A stretch of 48,809 nucleotides of DNA from an uncultured bacterium (GTDB taxonomy: Bacteria; Patescibacteriota; Minisyncoccia; UBA6257; 2-01-FULL-56-20), in assembly GCA_963844965.1 (NCBI GenBank), contig CAWJQC010000001.1, positions 1-48,809 on the forward strand. Direction: 5' to 3'. Of this stretch, positions 38,101 to 48,546 are shown in pieces. Numbering within the stretch: position 1 is the first letter of the stretch; every line of letters begins with the position of its first letter. A program made the translations under genes and the position numbers. A model generated the notes under the pieces. The model had not been told where the DNA came from. It saw nothing but the letters and a program-made list of their open reading frames with translations, and did no database searches.

Positions 38101-39430
38101 GAACGGCAACTGGAGTCTGAGCGGCACTTTCAATTCCGATTCCATCGGTTCCTGGAGCGAGTGGGCAATATTCTCAAATTCCGCCCAAACCTATTCCAAT
38201 CTCATCAATTTCAGCGTGGCCTCTATTTCCCCGGCCACTCTCACGATCAACGGCGCCGCTGCCGGCACTTCCGGCGTCGGCCAGACCGTAACATACACGC
38301 TTGTTTCGGGTGTACCCAGCGCGAGCTTTAAAGTGTGCTATGACTACAATGGCGTAACGCAGCCCTGTTTGACCGATCCAAAATATTTCACAGATGCATA
38401 CGGTAATTGGAGTACGAAGCAAACTTTAACCCCCAATACTGCCGGCTCGGCCGCTCTTTTCAATATTGAATGGGACCCGCTCGCGGAGATAACTGTGACC
38501 TCTACTTCGCCGATTCCTCCGCCTTCCTGTCCGGACGGTCAGATTTGCTTTAACGAGACAAGTACGGCGGAAGGAACGGTCGCGGTATCAAATAATGGTG
38601 CCGACCATTCGCAACTTGATTGGTCCGTAAGCGACCAATCTTCCGCCAATTTCCCCAGTTGGCTTACGGTTTCGCCGTTGTCTTCCACCTCCACTGGCTC
38701 CACCGGACCGATTAACAAGGATGGCCAGCCGCAGACCGTGAATGTTGATTGTGATACCAGTTCCGTTCCGTTCGGTACACAAACTTCAACTGTGCTCGTT
38801 TTCTCGGGTATGACGCACGGTATTCCTGGCCAACAAGCCGCCGATTCTCCCCGAACCGTCACCGTTAACCTTTCTCTTGCGATACCTCCTGTTACGATAA
38901 ATCCGGCTAACGCGACTACCACCGTTTATACACCCGTCGCATTCACGGTCGCCGGGGGCATGGGCACCTCGTATTCCTGTTCCGTTTCCGGTCCGGCGTA
39001 CGTGAGCTGCGCGGTCCTCGGCGAAAACATTCCTTTCAATATCAGTTTCCCGGCTGTTGGAACTTATACCATCACGGTTACCGATACCGACCCCACGAAC
39101 ACGACGGGCGACAATACTGCTACCGCTTCCGTTGTTGTTGCGGTGGTGCCCGCGAGTTGCGATTTCTCCGCATCGGCTGGCGGCTTATCAACCAACTGCA
39201 TTCTCTTATCGGCATCCACGACCCTCTCCTGGTCGTGCGAGTATGTTGATCCCGTCAAGGGTTGCACGCTTAACGGCTCGGCCGTTGCATCTAGCGGGAG
39301 CCGTATAGTATTCCCGACGTCCACGACGGTTTACACGCTCCATTGCGCCGGAGCAGGAGGCGGCCAGGACGCGATAGTTCCACTGCAGGTTTGCGTGAGA
39401 ACGCAGAGTTGGAAAGAAATTCCGCCATAA
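34958..39430 (+). CDS. giant secreted adhesin-like protein built from about 100-aa Ig-like repeats (TY.I.C.G.GG....TV.V; ..NC.VS.) and a second repeat family (..ING.T.G.F.VGQ.WTL....MP.T.F.....S..C.PYTTD.NGNW..SG.F....GSWSEW.VF). Start uncertain: ATG 35117, or fused with 34378..35115
   Basis: Repeats read in translation; near-identical DNA tandem copies 37737-37900 / 38017-38180. Confidence 0.6.
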   Translation: MSQVPVIVNFPEIGPVRCRRPIFHFHQAVFCLRHITLPVSLSLTGVTSTRTYNMTCYGPGGSFSETATVTINPATVGLTPNPGSVDLYKTSVINWGITNVTTLNSCALGDAWGSSSPPPLHPSSCSGNYTTPSLVAPTTYSIGSCTGPGGKQNPDPESVTVGINDPNINMAAVPAQLHLSELSGGSVIKWGRDAVGTNSPSDDIGNVTSTANCTLSAIPPASGWSGTLSAFHGTYATGPLSSSNLTYTYNITCKGAGQNGGTTTGKAIVSVAPPEVSINASSTTISPGSSTVITWNSTDTTACVESWVNSTTGNPNWANSLSNSVGTNTGPLTDNTTYSISCTGAAGATAQDSVTVSMNTGAPTITEFKATPPAVSPGDSTTITWSSTNATNCNVSSTTDGVNWTAVGSGTSNTTGVSSGPLTKDTTYEITCHGPGGDTQRSITVRVGNFICPDMGAINVSSTNSWADNDHPNNLLPGDYVTSSWQFTPPSSVDPCDQGCANLSHNGYTNLPASAAAPADCPYTLIPVQGSAGPLYALKKVDTKLAAIGEGDLGLSWLKNSLLNIAKAFVVWPGTSTSSYTQGLSPSAYYDDWLVFSDPAKTNSSHINFSVGTGSSTALTINGTTIGSFTVGQKWTLDITSNMPKTNFSFCVNSNSSCNPYTTDANGNWTLSGDFPLSTVGSWSEWAVFPGGVNSDTISFTVGAAPFAALMVNTTTINAFGFGQTITYALASNIPKTSFEVCYKLDGVAQPCVNSSFTDPNYQTDPSGNWSTQQTQDLSTTGAAGHSYEDWFVFRDSDQTNSSHVNFIVSPGTLAINGVTAGSFTVGQAWTLNVTSSMPNTSFTIECSMDSGAPFACDSGTTDPNGNWTTLGGDTFPASVAGSWEEWVVFSNGASSTHINFKVSQGPTAALTINGVTTGSFTVGQKWTLNIASNMPSTNFSFCVNSGSNCRPYTTDPNGNWSLSGTFNSDSIGSWSEWAVFPGGPNSNSISFTVGAAPFAALTINGATSGNFGANQAWILNIASNMPSTNFSFCVNSGSNCRPYTTDPNGNWSLSGTFNSDSIGSWSEWAIFSNSAQTYSNLINFSVASISPATLTINGAAAGTSGVGQTVTYTLVSGVPSASFKVCYDYNGVTQPCLTDPKYFTDAYGNWSTKQTLTPNTAGSAALFNIEWDPLAEITVTSTSPIPPPSCPDGQICFNETSTAEGTVAVSNNGADHSQLDWSVSDQSSANFPSWLTVSPLSSTSTGSTGPINKDGQPQTVNVDCDTSSVPFGTQTSTVLVFSGMTHGIPGQQAADSPRTVTVNLSLAIPPVTINPANATTTVYTPVAFTVAGGMGTSYSCSVSGPAYVSCAVLGENIPFNISFPAVGTYTITVTDTDPTNTTGDNTATASVVVAVVPASCDFSASAGGLSTNCILLSASTTLSWSCEYVDPVKGCTLNGSAVASSGSRIVFPTSTTVYTLHCAGAGGGQDAIVPLQVCVRTQSWKEIPP

Positions 39431-39486
39431 TATTGGAATTTAAATTTAGAATAAAGGACAGTAGAATTTGGGACTTGTGATTTGCA

Positions 39487-39522
39487 AAGAACTGCGCACA
39501 CAGGGCGCGCGGTTCTTTCTTC
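39487..39522 (+). terminator. terminator hairpin after the giant gene (GAACTGCGC..GCGCGGTTC followed by TTTCTTC)
   Basis: Read directly; one mismatch in stem. Confidence 0.4.
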
Positions 39523-39528
39523 TAAATT

Positions 39529-39537
39529 GTTATAATT
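39529..39537 (+). promoter_or_regulatory. extended -10 TGTTATAAT 6 nt upstream of ATG 39543 (leaderless)
   Basis: Same motif and geometry as at 33019. Confidence 0.4.
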
Positions 39538-39542
39538 AGTAC

Positions 39543-42997
<3,455 letters not shown>

Positions 42998-43002
42998 AAA
43001 AC

Positions 43003-43034
43003 CGGCGCGCTCTGTGTTACATCGCGCCGGCACT
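43003..43034. terminator. bidirectional terminator between convergent ligA and the 43036 gene (CCGGCGCG..CGCGCCGG; T6 on the minus strand)
   Basis: aaaaaaccggcgcgctctgtgttacatcgcgccggcacttt. Confidence 0.5.
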
Positions 43035-43035
43035 T

Positions 43036-43485
43036 TCAGCTCGGCTTCCCCGTTTGGTTCATGACGAAGCTTCTCCGTGGCACCACGAGTTCACTTGCCG
43101 TATCTTCCGTTACCGGCACCATCTTCTGTTTGTTCCGTATTTCCTGGATGTATTGTGGCAGATATTTGCCGATGAGATTACTCAGTTCCTTGAAATAACT
43201 CCCGCATAGAGAACAATCGGAAAGATGTTCAAGCGTTTGCAGTGCCAGCCTGCTTTTTCCGGAGGAGAAAATTTTTGCCAGCTCTTCAGAGGTTTCTTCG
43301 GAAAATTTGTTTATTACCGCGGTCTGACGTAAGGCGGCGAGCACCAACAAATCCCTGAAGCACTTTCTTGACGGCCAGAGAACTATTTCCTCCATGCCGT
43401 CGGCGGTTTTTGCCATGCCCTTTTGCTGGCATCCGTCAAGCCTTATCCATGTTGTCTGGAGACATGCCCTATTGATAGACAGCAT
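43036..43485 (-). CDS. hypothetical protein with HL..C..C motif (LEHLSDCSLCGSYF); possible paralogue of the 43992-44614 gene
   Basis: 149-aa ORF; alternative start MAKTADG at 43416. Confidence 0.45.
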   Translation of the reverse strand: MLSINRACLQTTWIRLDGCQQKGMAKTADGMEEIVLWPSRKCFRDLLVLAALRQTAVINKFSEETSEELAKIFSSGKSRLALQTLEHLSDCSLCGSYFKELSNLIGKYLPQYIQEIRNKQKMVPVTEDTASELVVPRRSFVMNQTGKPS

Positions 43486-43966
43486 GCATGCCAGCCAAAA
43501 AAGACAGTGGGGACAAGAAGCCGCGTGTTCTACGGCGGCGACCGGAATCCCCGATCTTCACCTCAACGAACGCCGGTATCTTTTCAAGTTCGGCGCACGG
43601 CAGGTTCCGCGATCTACCGGCCGTATTTTCGGAAGCCATAAAGCACCCCCTTTTAAGTTTCTGGGTATGAATATACGACTTTTTCCTGCCGTTGGCAAGA
43701 CGAAATGAATAACCGCGCCGCAAGCGGTGCGGTATCCGCAACCGGTTGCGGTCGGGCGGTTATTCACCCCTCCCCATTTGTGGCAGGGGTTTGGTGATAA
43801 TACCCAGCGAGAGCCGTAAGGCGACTTCGTCTTTGTATGTTGTGTGTGCATAGTTTTTGCAGCAAATGGGGAGGGGTTTATTATTCACACATCGCAATTC
43901 ATCCCTACACCCTCTCATCACGTTGCAAGAAGGTGTAGGGTATTCTTGCGAGTGAATAATAAAAAA

Positions 43967-44012
43967 GCCCAATCTGCGGCGGTATCTGCCGTCAGTTGGG
44001 CTTTTGTTTGTC
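43967..44012 (-). terminator. terminator hairpin (GCCCAA-CTGCGGC..GCCGTCAG-TTGGGC) flanked by A6/T-rich runs; the stop codon of the 43992 gene lies in its 3' arm
   Basis: aaaaaagcccaatctgcggcggtatctgccgtcagttgggcttttgtttg. Confidence 0.45.
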
Positions 44013-44614
44013 GCGTTTGCCGTCAAGCAATATCGTCAAGGTTGGAGCTCTGTAAGGAAGCGAAGCTTCTACGGCCTTGAAGTAGTCAATGGGGTTGATC
44101 CTTGAAAGAAAAACTTCCCTTCTTTTGTCCGCGGTGACCGGCCTTATTTCCGCGTTCGTTTTTATCATTGCCGCGTATTCTTTTTGATGTTTGGACATTA
44201 TTTCGCACATGTCTTGATTTCGCACATGTCTTGATAATATTCGGCGCAACTTGGGCACTCCTCCAGATGTTCCCTGAGAGGGTCGAGAAGTTCCGGTTCT
44301 ATTTCCGTTTTGAAGCGCTGGATTGCTTTATTCGCATAACCGACCCTCTCAATCTCCATATTGCGTATCAGAGTGAGGAGGGCGTAACTGAACATCTCCC
44401 GTTGCGGGCAATCTTCGTAGCACAGACGCGAGGTAAGAAAGTAGGTTTTGCGTTTCGCGAGAAGGTAAGAAAGCCAAAATAAACAACCCCCGCATTTTCT
44501 GGCGTGTTTTACGAGGTCGGCGTCAACCGGCCTCGTCAGATTGACGGCACGGAGCACCTTAGCCAACTGCGTGCATTCCGATTTTCGCGGCCTTGCCTTT
44601 TGTGTTTTTCGCAC
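43992..44614 (-). pseudogene. zinc-finger-motif protein (..LREHLEECPSCAEYYQDMCEI..) split into ORFs 44198..44614 and 43992..44258 by a perfect 17-bp tandem duplication
   Basis: Removing one copy of TTTCGCACATGTCTTGA restores a single 202-aa ORF; both ORFs encode QDMCEI from the two copies. Confidence 0.5.
44201..44234. repeat. perfect 17-bp tandem duplication (TTTCGCACATGTCTTGA x2)
   Basis: Read directly. Confidence 0.9.
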
Positions 44615-44762
44615 AGCCCCTCCTTTTTATGGAATCTCAATGACCGTCTAACTTTATTTTAACGCCGATTGCGGATATTCGCTAATCATTGCTTCGTCTT
44701 GGGTCTCGGCTGCTGATTTGTTTTTTTCTCGGATTTTTATTAAATTTAGATTGTGCGGCCGT

Positions 44763-44830
44763 GGTGTAGTTTACCCCGTTGGATCGCGTAGCGATTCCAT
44801 CGGGGCCCGGTTAACACGTCCCCCTGCTTG
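44763..44830 (+). other. pseudo-tRNA: tRNA-Asp 5' half (GCGGCCGTGGTGTAG .. CGGTTAACACGTCCCCCTG) with a 37-nt hairpin insertion in the D-loop and no 3' half
   Basis: Aligned by eye against the intact tRNA-Asp 110 nt downstream. Confidence 0.45.
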
Positions 44831-44874
44831 CCCCGCACCAAATTTATAAAATTATGAGATTTCGAGCGGTTCGC

Positions 44875-44949
44875 GCGGCCGTGGTGTAGCCTGGTTAACA
44901 CGTCCCCCTGTCACGGGGAATATCACGGGTTCAAATCCCGTCGGCCGCG
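44875..44949 (+). tRNA. tRNA-Asp (anticodon GUC); flanking sequence extends the acceptor helix to about 17 bp (AGCGGTTCGCGCGGCCG / CGGCCGCGCGAACCGCT)
   Basis: GCGGCCG-TG-GTGT-AGCCTGGTTA-ACAC-G-TCCCC-CTGTCAC-GGGGA-ATAT-CACGG-GTTCAAAT-CCGTG-CGGCCGC-G. Confidence 0.85.
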
Positions 44950-45024
44950 CGAACCGCTGGAACGCCTTCGTTTCAAATATTCGATTTCAGCAATAGCACT
45001 AAATGTAAAAATTTGGTGCGGGTT

Positions 45025-45062
45025 ACGGGGAAGGTTGTGGGTTCAAATCCCATCGCCCGCGC
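45025..45062 (+). other. degenerate tRNA-Asp 3'-half fragment (TACGGGGAAGGTTGTGGGTTCAAATCCCATCGCCCGCGC)
   Basis: About 80% identical to the 3' half of the intact tRNA-Asp. Confidence 0.4.
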
Positions 45063-45089
45063 AAAGACAAAGACAAGGTGGGGGATAAA

Positions 45090-45122
45090 GGGAAGATCAC
45101 GGGTTCAAATCCCGTCGGCCGC
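45090..45122 (+). other. exact 29-nt copy of the tRNA-Asp 3' end (ATCACGGGTTCAAATCCCGTCGGCCGCGC), candidate att-site remnant; an inverted 14-nt copy (GACGGGATTTGAAC) lies at 45179-45192
   Basis: Direct repeat of tRNA positions about 47-75, read directly. Confidence 0.5.
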
Positions 45123-45129
45123 GCTAAAA

Positions 45130-45164
45130 CCAAAAGACGATGACCTTGTGCCATCGTCTTTTGG
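45130..45164. other. perfect 13-bp stem-loop (CCAAAAGACGATG-accttgtgc-CATCGTCTTTTGG)
   Basis: Read directly; possible terminator of the tRNA cluster transcript. Confidence 0.4.
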
Positions 45165-45348
45165 TTCCTAATGTAGTCGACGGGATTTGAACGGGGATGG
45201 GGTCGGTCAGACCGCAGTCAGAGGGTATCGCGGACGCGGTCAAGGAATCGCGGTTTTCGTTGCCGTTGCTGTATGCTATACTGTAATTAATAGTTCCAAC
45301 TCTTGCGCTTCTCTTGTTCTTGGTGTATGCTCGAAAAACATGAAAATG

Positions 45349-45666
45349 GAAAAAGTCCTCCAAAAAGAAGTTTATAATCTTCAGTCGTTGTTTCCTAAAG
45401 AAGTAACCGTTTCTGTGCGTCGTTCGGAAGACGGCGGTTTTGCCGCCGAGATTTTATCTTACCCGCGAACATTTACCGAAGCCGATACTTTTTCAGAGCT
45501 TATTGAAATGATCAACGATGCGCTGTATACCTACTTTGATGTTCCAAAAAAATTCGTTTCTTTTATGCCCACCTATCTTCCTCCACTCGATTCTTCGGTG
45601 AGAGACCTCATCGGTCTCCCCGTACACATGAAACCGGAAAAAATTACATTAGAATTGGCGAGGTGA
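45349..45666 (+). CDS. hicB: HicB-like antitoxin (UPF0150/HicB N-terminal fold)
   Basis: 105 aa, FAAEILSYPRTFTEADTFSELIEMINDALYTYFD; GTGA overlap with downstream hicA-like gene; TGCTATACT -10-like element at 45281-45289. Confidence 0.55.
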   Translation, partial: EKVLQKEVYNLQSLFPKEVTVSVRRSEDGGFAAEILSYPRTFTEADTFSELIEMINDALYTYFDVPKKFVSFMPTYLPPLDSSVRDLIGLPVHMKPEKITLELAR

Positions 45667-45890
45667 AACCGATAGAAATCAAAACAACGGATTGTTCTGG
45701 TAACAACCTTATCCGAGCCGCAGAGCACTGCGGCTTTCTCGTTCAACAGGGCAAGAAGCATGTGAAAGTAAAAACCGCAGAAGGAAGGTTTGTTGCCATG
45801 ATTCCGAGGCATAGCCATATTAAGCGAGAAACCGCGAAAGGCATCGCTGAGGCGCTGCAAAAGTTTGGAGGCAACGTGGCAATGAACTAA
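45663..45890 (+). CDS. hicA: HicA-like toxin (YcfA family mRNA interferase)
   Basis: 75 aa, GFLVQQGKKHVKVKTAEGRFVAMIPRHSHIKRETAKGIAEAL. Confidence 0.6.
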   Translation: MKPIEIKTTDCSGNNLIRAAEHCGFLVQQGKKHVKVKTAEGRFVAMIPRHSHIKRETAKGIAEALQKFGGNVAMN

Positions 45891-45937
45891 GCCACCCCGC
45901 ACCAAGCCCGACTCGTTTTACATAAGGCAGAATCAAA

Positions 45938-45965
45938 CCCCCACCTTTTCGGAAAAAGGTGGGGG
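45938..45965. repeat. 28-bp perfect palindrome CCCCCACCTTTTCGGAAAAAGGTGGGGG between convergent genes
   Basis: Read directly; family recurs at 47423-47596 and 48272-48345. Confidence 0.7.
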
Positions 45966-45988
45966 TTGAGTTTGCCTATCTGCCTGTC

Positions 45989-46957
45989 TTATTTGCCGTT
46001 GCCGGTAAAAAAGCTGACGCAATCTCCCTGGTTCTTAAATGGCGAATGATCGGGGTGAAACCAATTTCGCCAACCGTCACCTTTGCATTGGTCCTTATCG
46101 GTCGGCACAGTTGGCACAGTAACGTCATCGCTTATCAGTATTGTCGCGCCTCCACCATTGACCCACACCGAAAAGGTTGTTTTTGGCAGGGTGATGTCCG
46201 CTCCCGTGAGCTTTACATGCCAGTGGCTAGCGCCCTTCTTATCGGTTACGAAGGTGAATGGCTGGACCGCTGATGTAAGTAATCCCGGCCAACCCGTACT
46301 ACCACTGGAAAGTTTTGCAGTTCCGCTTTCGGTGTACCACGTGCCCGTTCTACCGCCACCGTAATTGTCACTCCATATACCACTGAGAGATCCATTAGCA
46401 GCTATGGTGCCAGACATTTGCATTATTGTCCCTATGGCCCCAAGTGTATAGGTGCATGTGAAAGAGAAAGTGTTTCCGGTTATCACAATATTTGATACAT
46501 TCCATTCATAGGCATATGATGGCCCCGGTGAGGGATAATCACCAGAACCGCCTGACTTGGTGAGCGTCATATCATAGAGCGATGGATTTGGGCCACCGCC
46601 GTTAACTGCGTACATGACTGTATAACTACCCGTCAAATCCGCTGGAACATAAGCTGTGTATGGCCCCGAAATATAAACCGTGTAGGTCGTGTCGGGAAGC
46701 AAATCATTCATTACGCCAGTGACTCCGACGTCAATTTTGTCGTACGGTTGATGTTGATTAACGAACAGTTTAGATGCCTTATCAGAACCCGGAATGTCCT
46801 GTGAACCGTACGGAGGAACGGGCATAACCGCTCCGGAGAGATTCCATTTAACCTCTTGCGCTCCGGCCCATTTTCCGATTGGTGTTGCGGCCGAAGCCAC
46901 TCCTGCCAAAACCAATAAGGAAGCAATGGCGATTGCGGGAAAAATAAATCTTTTCAT
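45989..46957 (-). CDS. secreted hypothetical protein (signal peptide)
   Basis: 322 aa, MKRFIFPAIAIASLLVLAGVASA; GAAAGGTCGG motif 25 nt upstream of start. Confidence 0.55.
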   Translation of the reverse strand: MKRFIFPAIAIASLLVLAGVASAATPIGKWAGAQEVKWNLSGAVMPVPPYGSQDIPGSDKASKLFVNQHQPYDKIDVGVTGVMNDLLPDTTYTVYISGPYTAYVPADLTGSYTVMYAVNGGGPNPSLYDMTLTKSGGSGDYPSPGPSYAYEWNVSNIVITGNTFSFTCTYTLGAIGTIMQMSGTIAANGSLSGIWSDNYGGGRTGTWYTESGTAKLSSGSTGWPGLLTSAVQPFTFVTDKKGASHWHVKLTGADITLPKTTFSVWVNGGGATILISDDVTVPTVPTDKDQCKGDGWRNWFHPDHSPFKNQGDCVSFFTGNGK

Positions 46958-47422
46958 AGTTTTAATTCAATTATTGTTTTGCCGACCTTTCAACTTCTAT
47001 TGTAGAAGTTGTTCCATTGATAGACACTATATCAGCCCCAATTTTTTTGCAATAGGGCGCGGACGCGAAAGCGCGCGCGCAAGCGGGCGGGCATTCTTGC
47101 GGGTGAATAATAAAAATAGGGAAACAACGCGCATTGTCTTTGGTTTCCTCGCGTCGTTTCCCCGAGACAGGAGGATAAACTAACTCAAAGTAATTATACT
47201 ATACTGTAGAGAGGCGGAAAATAGCAATAGGCGGCTTGCGGGCAAGAAAGCCGGGAAGTAGGGGAGGTAATCACAGGGAAACGAAACCCTTTGCGGGATT
47301 TCACTGATTACCGCCCCTGCTTCGGGCCTTCGGGTTGCCGCTACTTATCCCCACACTTTCCACAGGAGGATATTAACCCCGCGGGAAGGTGTGGGGATTT
47401 ATTACCACGAAGCCAGCCGCAA

Positions 47423-47596
47423 GTCAACCCCCACCTTTTCGGGAAAAAGACGGGGGTCAACCCCCGCCTTTTCGGAAAAAGACGGGGGTCAACCCCCGCC
47501 TTTTCGGAAAAAGATGGGGGTCAACCCCCGCCTTTTCGGAAAAAGATGGGGGATTGACCCGCCTTTTCGCGCATCGCGCAAAAGGCGGGGGTTGAC
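47423..47596. repeat. tandem array of about 4.5 copies of a 31-32-bp unit (GTCAACCCCCGCCTTTTCGGAAAAAGACGGGG), each a pair of small hairpins; terminal variant with CGCGCATCGCGC loop; no spacers
   Basis: Read directly; ORFs 47291..47609 are translations of the repeat. Confidence 0.75.
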
Positions 47597-47655
47597 CGGG
47601 TTCGGTTAATTTTATATGATATCAATATAAAATTTATAAACTTAACTAAAGTCAT

Positions 47656-47986
47656 ATGAAATATAAGAACACGCTCCAAAAAGGGTCCGCGCGCTTCATC
47701 GTTTTTCGCGAGGGGGATACGTGGTACTGCGTTTGTCTGGAATTCAATATTGTTGAATCGGGAAGCACCCCCTCAGGAGGCGCTGCTTCTTTTGGTAGAA
47801 GCGGTGGAAGGGTATTTAGAATCGGCTCGGAAGATAAAAGCCAGACCCGGTATTTTGAACCAGAAATCAGACCCCGAGTACGAAGAATTATGGGATGCCG
47901 CCGAAGAACATAAAAAGGTTCCGGCAAAGGAAATTTTTTCTTTTGGCAGATTGAATCTTGCCGGAAGAACCTTTGCCGCCGCATAA
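47656..47986 (+). CDS. hicB: HicB-like antitoxin, frameshifted at a C5 homopolymer (47771-47775): ORFs 47656..47913 and 47750..47986
   Basis: N-part ARFIVFREGDTWYCVCLEFNIVESG, C-part in the other frame QEALLLLVEAVEGYLESARK. Confidence 0.45.
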
Positions 47987-48002
47987 CAAATCGAAACTCC
48001 GT

Positions 48003-48236
48003 ATGCCAAGAGGTCTGTACAACTGGACGGCGGAGGATGTCGTCCGTTTTCTCAAAGAAAAAGGATTTGTATTGAACTATACTAAGGGAAGTCATTATTT
48101 CTATATCGGGAGATACGGCGGAGCGTTTCGCCAAGTATGCGTGCCTTTTCATGGCAGCCGAGTGATCAAACCGCGGACACTCAAAGGTATGATTCGCCAA
48201 TCCGGCATTCTGAAAAGTGAGTGGCTGGCAGGGTGA
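48003..48236 (+). CDS. hicA: HicA-like toxin (YcfA family). ORF track starts at 47958
   Basis: WTAEDVVRFLKEKGFVLNYTKGSHYFY..GAFRQVCVPFHGSRVIKPRTLKGMIRQSGI. Confidence 0.6.
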   Translation: MPRGLYNWTAEDVVRFLKEKGFVLNYTKGSHYFYIGRYGGAFRQVCVPFHGSRVIKPRTLKGMIRQSGILKSEWLAG

Positions 48237-48271
48237 TTGGGCGCGAACGCTAATCCGACCGACACGAAATC

Positions 48272-48345
48272 GACCCCCACCTTTTCGGAAAAAGGTGGGG
48301 GTGAACCCCCACCTTTTCGCGCATCGCCCAAAAGGTGGGGGTTGT
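48272..48345. repeat. two further palindromes of the GGGGG/CCCCC family (CCCCCACCTTTTCGGAAAAAGGTGGGGG and CCCCCACCTTTTCGCGCATCGCCCAAAAGGTGGGGG)
   Basis: Read directly, immediately 3' of the second hicA. Confidence 0.7.
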
Positions 48346-48546
48346 GTTTCCGGGGCCAAATATTCGGTTATACACCGTCCCCGCAAATTCACGCTATTCG
48401 CGGAGCTATAATGTAAACGTAGCTGCGCAAAGGTCGAAAGCTTAATCATTAAAACATGGAGAAAAAAACAACAGACCAGCCGGCAGGGCCCGAGCAGGTC
48501 AATTGACGGGGGAGAGGGCGCCTACCGCGCGTTTGAGGAACGGAAG

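Noticed and set aside
44763-44830. Second functional tRNA upstream of tRNA-Asp
   Set aside because: The 5' half matches tRNA-Asp but there is a 37-nt insertion in the D-loop and no pairing anticodon stem or T-arm/3' acceptor strand; treated as a pseudo-tRNA fragment
47423-47596. Possible CRISPR array (regular about 31-bp repeats)
   Set aside because: Units are directly tandem with no unique spacers between them, and there are no cas genes in the window. It is a tandem palindromic repeat, not a CRISPR
47291-47609. ORFs 47291..47557, 47389..47595, 47391..47609 (68-88 aa)
   Set aside because: They are all translations of the 31-bp tandem repeat (repetitive GKRRGSTPAFSEKDGG peptides), with no start context; spurious
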